Positions 1 through 9,500 of a DNA stretch of 64,000 bases are shown piece after piece; position 1 is the first letter of the stretch, and every line of letters begins with the position of its first letter. Location of the stretch: positions 1,178,001 to 1,242,000 of the forward strand of contig CM052850.1 of assembly GCA_028534125.1 (NCBI GenBank). Direction: 5' to 3'. The position numbers were made by a program, and so were the translations under genes. The DNA comes from Lama glama (taxonomy: Eukaryota). The notes beneath the pieces were generated by a model. That model was not told the DNA's origin. It made no database searches and was given only the letters and a program-made list of their open reading frames with translations.

Positions 1-461
1 AAATAATAAAAACATAGTGCACAGAATTCAGTCTTGGTTTGTTAAGTATTTATCAACAAGTTTGGGGGAAAAGAAAGACATAGTAGTACTTGGTTTAAAA
101 CATCTGAAGAGACAGACCTATTACAGGATAGATTTATTAAAATCCTTTCTAACTAAAAAGATCCTTCACTCTTGGCATCATCACACAAAATAAGAAAGAG
201 GTACAAGCTACCACTGAAGCATTAACCTTGAGAAAATTCAGATTCAGTCTTACTTTTGAACCAAACCCAATAAATAAAATGTTTTAAAACCATAAGGAAC
301 CTTTATTTCAGGGATAAGTACTCATTTGAAAAATTAAAATAGGAAAAATAACATTACTTAAAATGAATCAAATGCCATGACTAATACTAAAAATTTAGAA
401 TTTGCACAGAAGTAGAAGAATGTGTCTTTTCTATTTAAAGGATTATTAAGGACTGGTTTCC

Positions 462-497
462 TCTCTCTCTCTCTCCACACACACACACACACACACA
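462..497. repeat. (CT)n(CA)n compound microsatellite
   Basis: Directly visible. Confidence 0.95.
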
Positions 498-1809
498 AAT
501 TTCCCTAAAGCTTTAAAAGATTTAACTATTAGCTAATGAAGGTAGGGAGGTAATTAATGTGTCCATTTATAAAAAACTCGATCTCTAATTATGATTCCAA
601 AATTAACTTGTCAGATTATTAATTAATTGGACGGAAAAAGGTGTTGAGTACCTACTGTGCTTATCACTGTGAGACAGTAAAATCTCTGCATTGGAAAAGA
701 ACAGTTTTAACATGATTACATCTCAAATGTAATATTCATTATATGGCTGAGAAGTAATTATATTTAACACATTCAAATATAGAGCAAAATGCTAAGCAAT
801 TGAAACACCTATGCCTTTGAACAACTCGATTTTTAAAATCCCCCTCACTATTCCCTTAAGGTGATTTTTACCCTGGTGTTCCTTCCCAGTTCTAAAAAAG
901 GAGAATAAAGAAATTTCCTAAATAAACCCTAATACAAAAGAATAGAACTGCAAGAGAAAAGGGGTGTATTAGCTCTTGAATCCTTATTTCCATTTGCTCT
1001 CAAATGTGCTTCTAATGTTCAATTTTCTCTTCAAAGAAAATCTTGATTTAGAAGAGCAAAAAGTAAAATCATCTTTAGCATTTAAACAAGTATATTGTTT
1101 AGCTCTTACTAAAGTTAGCAAAAGATTGAAACTGAGAAAAAATATTAAAACAAATATTTATTCTAAGTTATATAATGCCATTCACCATGGTAATAGATCT
1201 GATACTTCGGTATATGACTTTTTAAAATAAATATTAACAACAGGTAGAAATTTTTCCTTTGCTGTCTTAAGACAGCCCTTGGGGGAGCTTTTCCCAGTAT
1301 GTTTGCTCATAACTTGATTGTTAATTTAAATAAATGTCACTTCTATTACCTAAAAGATAATCTTATAAAAGAGTAATTTAATTGGGAAAAGAAAAATGAA
1401 ATATTGCTTCTTCCTCCCAAGAAAAAAAGGATGCATTCCATTCCTGAGGGGTATCTGGCTATCCACCTATCTGAGCACATATATGTATAGATATTGATGT
1501 AGATACAGATATACATATACACATATGTATGTATATATGTCCAGCAAAGGTTTGATTTTGAGATCTCTCTTTCTCTTCTGATTCATTATTCTCAGTATGA
1601 CCCTCAAATGTATTGCCTTTCACGTTTTATTCATCAATGAATAACTGAGCACCTGCATGCTTAGCTTTATGTCAAATGCAAAGGAAGAAACAAAAGAAAT
1701 ATCAGACAGTCTCTGTCCTCTTGACTCTTTCGATCTCTTCCGGGGTCAAGATAAACACAATATATCATTAACTAATGTATTAAACTAGTGCCAAAATCAA
1801 TGATACCAA

Positions 1810-2040
1810 TAATAACGCATTTTACATTTATGTAGAATTTTAGAGCTTCAAAACGCTTCCCTGTATTTATCCTCAGGACAATCTTGTTAAGTAAACATTA
1901 TTAGCCCCACTTTAGCAATGAGGAGCCTGAGATTCAGAATTATAAGTGGCGTGCCTCAGTCAATAGATGATGAGTGGAAGGAAGAGTCAGGACTCAAGGC
2001 AGGGTTTTCTGATTCTAAGCCCAGTGCTCTTTTCAACACA
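1810..2040 (+). mobile_element. MIR SINE (old)
   Basis: attattagccccactttagcaatgaggagcctgagattcaga...ggactcaaggcagggttttctgattctaagcccagtgctctt matches the MIR core from memory. Confidence 0.7.
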
Positions 2041-2844
2041 GCACAGGAAATCAAGGATTGAGGTACTTAACCGGGCAACAGCAAGCCCTCTGCTAGAGGC
2101 AGAATTAAACTAGATCTGACAAATGTCCAAATTAATTTTATTCTGCAAATATGTGTACTTCAGTGTTACACACACAGCACAACTACCATTTCCTCAGTTT
2201 TAGTATTTTCACCTGTTCAGTAAGACCTCTGCTCTCAGAAATGCGAATGTCAAATACAATAAAAAAGCTGGCCTAGTGGGATCCTATAAATCTTAAATTA
2301 CAAAGAAATCTTAAAGGTCTGGTTTCTACTAATCCTTCCACATTTCGTTTCCCCTCAGCACCAGAGAGCGTAACTCGCCCCCATCCTTTTCTAGCATTCT
2401 TGCTCCAGACAACCACTCATTTTAAGATGTCCATGACTGACCCTACCCCAAATCCCACAGGTTCACCCCAGTCTTGCCAAGCGGCCCCAGCCCTTGCCCA
2501 GACACCTCCCCTTCCTTCCCAATACGATACCTAGTTCAGGTTCTGCAGGTGCAGTCGCGATGCTGTCACATACCACTGACAGATAAGATGTGACCTTTCG
2601 ACTCCGTCCTTGGGGACCTCCCGCTGGCCGCGCAGCGCAGTTCCAACCCCTGGAAAGGGGTTCCCGGCTCAGGAACGAAGCCAAGGGCAGCACACGGTCC
2701 GAAGCGATTTCTCTGACAACTAGAACGATGCTGGGCGGCTGGGCGCGCATCACTCCGCCTCATACTCCTGCCAACTGCAGGGCACTTGGTCCGGCAACCA
2801 GTCCATTCCACCTCACAGACAAGTCCCTGCCAGCCGGGCCTTAC

Positions 2845-2960
2845 GCAGCACCCCAGTGATAGGTCGTTGGAGGAGGTGGCGGCAGCAAAAGCCAACGCCA
2901 CCCGCCCCCAGTGCCCATCGCCGCCAACCTAAGAACCCCCAAACAGGACCGCAGAGAAGC
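2845..2960 (-). other. Candidate non-coding first exon of a divergent transcript (RGL1 long isoform by human synteny)
   Basis: Minus-strand donor TGC|GTAAGG at 2845/2844 just beyond the promoter motifs. The head-to-head ARPC5/RGL1 arrangement is recalled from human; no RGL1 coding sequence is in the window. Confidence 0.35.
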
Positions 2961-3389
2961 GTTTCCATGGAAACCCCCGAGGGAACACGTGACGCACTCG
3001 GACGACCAATCGCCTCTTTCCTCTGCCCGCGGCACGTCTTTCTGCCCGCCTCCTGCCCCGCCCCCCGCCCCCCCGCCTGCTTCGCCTAGCCCCGCCCCTT
3101 TCCCGCAGAGAGTCTGCGCCTGCGCACTGCGTCCGGCGCGCTCCCGCCCTTGCGCGCTCCCCGCCGGGGAGCGTGGGGGCGGCGTAGGAGGCCCGAGGAG
3201 AGCGTGAGCCTGAGGAGGAAGGAGGGCGGCCGGCGCGCAGGCCCAGAAGCGCAGGAGCCGCGGCCGCGGGCGACGCCTCTGAGCGGAAGAGGGAAGTGGA
3301 GGCGCCAGGCTGCGGGTTCCAGCCGGGCTGGACTTGCGGAGGTAGAGGCAGCACCCAGAGGAGGCTTTTGCCGCCGGTCCGGATCGGGA

Positions 3390-3532
3390 ATGTCGAAGAA
3401 CACGGTGTCGTCGGCCCGGTTCCGGAAGGTGGACGTGGATGAGTACGACGAGAACAAGTTCGTGGACGAGGAAGACGGGGGCGACGGGCAGGCTGGGCCC
3501 GACGAGGGCGAGGTGGACTCCTGCCTGCGGCA
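3390..3532 (+). CDS. ARPC5: ARPC5 coding exon 1 (143 nt)
   Basis: ATG at 3390; ends CGG CA| followed by the U12 donor ATATCCTT. Confidence 0.97.
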
Positions 3533-6500
3533 ATATCCTTCCGTCCCCGGCCTCCCCTCCCCGCCCGGCCCGGCCCGGCCCGGCCCGGCCCGGCCCTGCT
3601 TCCGGGACCCCTCTGCGGGCCGGGTGCGAGGGGCGGGCCCGGCCAGCTGCCTCTTTGGGGCTCCCCCATTCCTACCCCGGGGTTCCGCCCGGGGACACTG
3701 GCCCTCCCCGGCGCGCCGTCCACGCCCCCGGCTTCTCAGGTGCGCCCCGAGCTCTGGGCCCCCCGGGGGCCCGCGTGCCGACCGCGCCCTCGCGGCGCCG
3801 GAGCCGGTCAGCCGGACAGTCGCGGGGTTTCAGCCGTCCTCCCAGGACGGTGTTTCTGGGGGTCTCTTTGGCTCCCGTGTGTGTAATTGGGAGGGTTGGG
3901 CCTCGTTCGTCAGTGATTTTGTTTTAAACGTGGTGATGGTTTTGTTTTGGTAGCGTTAGGGTAGTGTATTTCATGCGGGAGACATGGGTCGAATTGCAGA
4001 AATTGAGGCCCGTCTGTCCTTTCAGCCTGTGGGCTTTTTTTTTTTTAGAGAAGAGAAAAACAAAGATTGCACAGAATTTGTTAAACTGGGGAAGGGGAGT
4101 GAGTACAAACCCACCAAAACCCCCCGGAAGGAAGCCGGGAGCCTTTTACCTGCTAAGCAGAGGACAATGGAAAGAAGGGGAATCCCTGGAAGTATCCGAA
4201 ATAAACCCCAATGAATAAAACAGAAGAAGATGAATCATTTGTACAAAACTCATTTTTATAATCCTGGAATCGTTTACATTTTAGTTAAAATGTGGCTGTC
4301 AGTTCCTGGTTTTGTTTTTGCATATTTGAATATTCATGGCTTTGAGGGAGTATTTGCATCAGCTCTTTTTTAGAAAAATATACATGTTGAAATAACCAAA
4401 GCTGTAGTTTTTGAGAGTCTCAGTTACTGAATTCACTCATTTCTAATTATTCTTGGGTGTATTCATACGGTAAGGAAGGCTTTTTAACCCTTTTCTTCAT
4501 CAGTGTCCTATTAACTTAAATGGGGAAATACGTAAGTGAAAAAATTTGGTAGCAACCGCAGCTGATCTTAGAGGCGCCTAAAATACAACATTAAACATTT
4601 ATCAACATACAGGTGTTTCTTTGTTTCCAGGACTATTACAATCAGCTGTTGCTATTTTGCATTATTTGACTACTTAAGTGTTTGGTGTCTTGCCAATGAG
4701 CCGGTCTGCAAAAGGCATGCTTCTCCAGAAGACCATTAAGCCTTGAAAATAAAAGCCTTCAACCAACCATAGCTTTTTTAGTCAGATCTTTCTCTTTAGA
4801 AGATAAGTGGTGGAAATTATTCTGTCTTAAAAACATTCTTTCTGTTGATGTTTGGTGAGACTAACTTTAGGTGACATGTGATGACTCTTAAATGGTACTG
4901 CTGTATCCATGAGGTGGATCTGCTTTTTAATCAGTTCATCTTAAAATATATAGGTACTGTCTTTTCTCCCCTTGTTACAAGAACAGACAAGCCCTGCTCA
5001 GGCACTACAGATGGAGGAAAAAGTGAACTCTGTGGTTTTCCTTTTAGGGGAATGACTGTACATTGACAGTCTGATTGGCCTTCTGTTTCTCATACTTGGC
5101 AACTCACTGGTGCTTTCAAAGTGAGACTAAATGTAATAGGTGTGGCCTAAGACAATCTGAATGACCTTTATGACATAGCAGAGAAAATACTAAGCTGCTG
5201 TCTAAGGGTCATTGAATATTGTATCTTCTATAATGCTGCTTTTTTTTTTATCAATATTGAGAGGTTGCTAATTATGTCATTCAGATTGCTAGAGTAATCT
5301 GCCAGAACTTCAGTTAATATAGAATATAATTCTAGTTAAAGTTTGGTTTTTATGTGAGAATCACACACAAAGACATTCTGGTTGAGGATGAGCTGTCTTA
5401 TTTTGGGGCCTGATACATATGTTCTGATAGATATTTTAGAATTTTAAAAAATATCACTGGATAATGTTTGCATATGTGTCTTACTGGAAAATGACAGGTT
5501 ATCAAGGTATTCAATAATTAGAACAGTTTTGCTTTATTTTAAAAATTTTTGTTTTCAGTATTTTACCTTTGATTGACATCCTTGAAACCAACATGTTGGA
5601 TTTTCCACTATTGAACATAGTGATCGTAGTAATTTTTCTTTCTATGCATAAAGTTAAATCTTAAAAATCAGCGGTTCCTGGGAGTTACACTTGCCTGAGG
5701 GCTGCCCTTTGCTGCTATCCCCTTAACCTCTGTCACAGGAAACATGACAGCTGCCCTACAAGCAGCTCTGAAAAACCCCCCTATCAACACCAAGAGTCAG
5801 GCGGTGAAGGTGAGTCACAGACACCAAGTGATCTCTGCTGCTATCTTAGCGTTCCTACCAGAATCCTCTGAAGTGTCGCAGAATCAGCCAATATTTTAAC
5901 CATTTACTCTCTTTGACATAGAAGAGCTCCCGATGTAGTTTGATAGGTAGAAAACTGACGTATGAAAAAATAGGGCTCTACCGTTGAATTATAATAATGC
6001 TGCACAGTAGACATACTAAGTTCATTCAAATGAGAGAGATCATTTTTGTGTGTTTTTAGAGGAGGCTGCTCAGGTTGAATTTGAGCAAAGGCTTGGAGAA
6101 TACATAAAACTTTCATAAAATAAGCAGATTCTATTTGCTTTTTTAAAAATTGTTAAAAATTATACAAGCCTTAGGTATTACAGAAAACTCAGAAATGTGA
6201 GGGAATAAAAAGGTAGTAATCTGTAATCCCACCACCCATAGATAATCACTTTTTGGTGTTGCTATGTGCTTATAGATCTTTTCTATGAGTGGTGTTTTTT
6301 TTTTTTTAATGGAAATGGAATGTTATAACCTTTTTCAACTGTATAGCAGTATAATTGAATGTCTTTCCTTGGCAGTAAGTTATTTCTATAATTTTTTTAA
6401 ATAAAAGTTTATTCTTAAATGTACAGTAGGTTCCAAGACAACACTTCATTCTAGCTATAGGTGGCAACAGATGCTCTGGCAGGAAATCTAGATATTTAAA

Positions 6501-9500
6501 CAGGAATGGAATTAAGGTTCACTGCGTCAGGCACACGGAACAGCTTGCTTTTTGCCAGATTTCTTAATTCCACCTTTCCCCGAGGCCTTCCTTTTTAGCT
6601 CCTTGAGTTTCTTCTGTTCCTCTTTCTTGTTTGTGCTTGAATGCCTTATCTTCCTTCCTTATCTCCTCGGCCTGCTTCTTTCTTAGGCTGCCTCAGGGGC
6701 TGCTTCTTGGCCCCATCCCGGCCAGACATGGCACCTGCCGCCCCTTCCCCAGACCCTGCCACTGTAAACCTACTTCTGTAGTATCTTTTCTTTTTCCATC
6801 AGTTTATTGAGTCTTTTGTAATTAATTCTTGTTCTGCTGGATCTTGGGTTAGTAAGTAGTCTGTTTTCATGAAGCTGTTTTGTTATTTTTTTTAACTATT
6901 GAAGTATAGTCAGTTTACAATGTTGTGTCAGTTTCTGGTGTGCAGCACAATGCTTAAGTTATACATGAATATACATATTCATTTTTATATTCTTTTTCAC
7001 CATAAGCTACTACAAGATATTGAATATAGTTCCCTGTGCTATATAGTTTAAGTTTGTTTATTTTATAGAATATCTTTAATGGCTACATGTAGATAATGCT
7101 ACAGTTTAGACATAACCCATCTCCCTTTGTCATACATTTAGATTATTGACCTTTTTTTCTGTTGTAAACAGTACTGAAATAAACAGTTTTTGGTAAATTC
7201 TTAATTGTTTCCTTTGAATAAATTTCTAGCAGTTAATCATTGAATTTTAGACTGCATATTTTTTTAAGGCTTTGGCACATGTGGTATTGCCATATTGCTC
7301 TTCAGAAAAAAATGTATAATTACATTCCCTGTGGCAGTCTTACAGTGATTCTTAGGAAACTATTTAATTAGTTGTGTATTGTTTAAAATGAAGCCCAGAG
7401 CATTGACACTACTGACCATGGCTATTCATACATCCAAGGAGCCCCAGGCATCTCCTTTGTTGAATGGGAGTAAGTAATATCTTAGATAAATGCATAATAA
7501 TTGTCTAGGCAACATAACCTTTTGTAAGGGGAAATTTTTCTTTGGTTTTTAAGAGTAACAGGATTGAAATTTCAGTTTTACCACCTTCTGCTTTTATATG
7601 GGTGGGTTTTTTTAATCCAGGTTTGTGGGTGGGAGGTGATAGCTCTGGGTGCAAGGATATTTTTCTAAATAGGGTAATTGCATAGTCTTTACAACTGAAG
7701 TTAACAACAGGTGGTAGAAACAAACTATACAACCCTGACCAGTAGGAATGCTAAAGGTGCTACTTAGTGTTGAATAGAAAGAGAAGCAAATCGTCGAAAT
7801 GGGAAATTACGTGTTCTTGTGCTTGGCTTGATGAGTAAAAAAATAATAACTTTGCTGTTAGAGCAGCCTTTTATTAAAGACAAAAGGTCATTATAAGTGA
7901 ACATCACTTGGCTATAGATATGAAACTTAGAATAAATTTTCTTAAAAACTTAATTTTTTATTAATAACCTATTTCTGAAGGATGGTTCAAGGTAAAGATG
8001 CAATTCAATTTCCTTTTGTTGTTTGTATTTTTTTTAAGATCAAGAAATAAAACGTATCGACTTAGTAAACTGGTAGATGATCACACCTATCTGTAAGCAA
8101 GTCCTTTCGTCTCTGCCTTCAGCTATGTCAGGAATCTGTCCACCTCTGACCACCTGCACTGCTACCATGCTAGGCAGAACGTGCTGTACTATTGCAGTGA
8201 CTTCCAAACTGGTCCCTGCTTCTGCCTTGTCTCCTGCTCCCCTTCTTCCCCACCACCCCCAGTGTGGTCTCAACATGGCAGCCAACATGAGCCTGTTACA
8301 GTGTAAGTCAGGTTATATCCCTGTTCTTCTCAGAACCTTCCAGCTTCTTCTTGTTTCTCTGGCTGGAAGCCAGAGCCCTCACAGCGGCCTGCAGGGCTTC
8401 CATGCTGTCTTCCCGCTGCCTCTCTGACTCCCAATCCTGCTGCTCTGCCTCCGCTCCGCGCCCGCTGTCTCGGGTCCTGGAGCGCACTGAGCACTCACTC
8501 AGAGCACCTACTCTTTCCTCGGTCTGCAGTGCTTTCCGCAAATACACCCCAAGTTTCCTCTTTTAATGTCCTTCAGGTCTTTACTCAGATGTCACATTTT
8601 CACTGTGGCCTTTCTGAAAGTGTAACCACCCCCACCCCGGCCGCACACGCACACATCTAAATGGTCTGTTCTTTTTTGCCCTCAGGATCGAGCAGGCAGC
8701 ATTGTCTTGAAGGTGCTCATCTCCTTTAAAGCTAACGACATTGAAAAGGCAGTTCAATCTCTGGACAAGAATGGTGTGGATCTCCTAATGAAGTACATTT
8801 ATAAAGGCTTCGAGAGCCCCTCTGACAATAGCAGTGCTGTGTTATTGCAGTGGCATGAAAAGGTAAGTTACGAATTACAGGTCTGCGTGACTGGCTCCTT
8901 TGTCATAGTAACAATGGTGGCCACTCTTAGCTAAATAACTATTTTGACTTCTTGGTTATACATTGTTGTTATTACAAATAAATGCATGGAAATGAAAGCT
9001 TAGATTTATGCTTAATAGCCTTGGTCTTAAGAGATTCTGATCTGCAGTGCTTAAATTTATTCAGTGATGATTATTGCTCATTGAGCACAGTCTTGAACTT
9101 TGATCTAAATCAAAACTTGAAAATAAGGAATAAAATCAAAACTTCTTTGACAGTGGCCAAAAGGTGGAAACAACCAAAGTATCCATGAACAAGTGANNNN
9201 NNNNNNNNNNNNNNNNNNNNNNNNNNNNNNNNNNNNNNNNNNNNNNNNNNNNNNNNNNNNNNNNNNNNNNNNNNNNNNNNNNNNNNNNNNNNNNNNNNNN
9301 NNNNNNNNNNNNNNNNNNNNNNNNNNCTGTGTGATTCCACATACACGAAACACCTAGAAGAGGCAGATTCATGGAGACGGGAAGTAGCTGAGAGGTTACC
9401 AGCGGCTGGGGACAAGGGAGAATGAGAGTTAGTGCTTAACGGGTACAGAGCTTCTGTTCAGAGATGAAAAAGTATTGTAGAGAGAGTGGTGATGGCTGGA

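Larger units (their letters stand above)
2590..3910. promoter_or_regulatory. CpG island / TATA-less, probably bidirectional promoter of ARPC5
   Basis: Very high GC and CpG density. RFX X-box palindrome GTTTCCATGGAAAC 2961-2974, E-box CACGTGAC 2986-2993, CCAAT 3006-3010, GC boxes about 3056-3098, NRF1 site TGCGCCTGCGCA 3115-3126, ETS sites CGGAAG/GGAAGT 3284-3298. Confidence 0.9.

Noticed and set aside
976-1230. 84-aa AT-rich ORF
   Set aside because: Non-ATG start, no recognisable homology or supporting exon structure.
2841-3723. Long minus-strand ORFs (230 and 264 aa) over the CpG island
   Set aside because: Low-complexity Pro/Gly/Arg/Ala translations typical of stop-poor GC-rich DNA antisense to ARPC5 exon 1; no recognisable domain.
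3150-3953. 267-aa ORF as a single-exon gene or N-terminally extended ARPC5
   Set aside because: Only 3390-3532 matches ARPC5. The start is a TTG in GC-rich UTR/promoter sequence, and the tail is read-through into the AT-AC intron.
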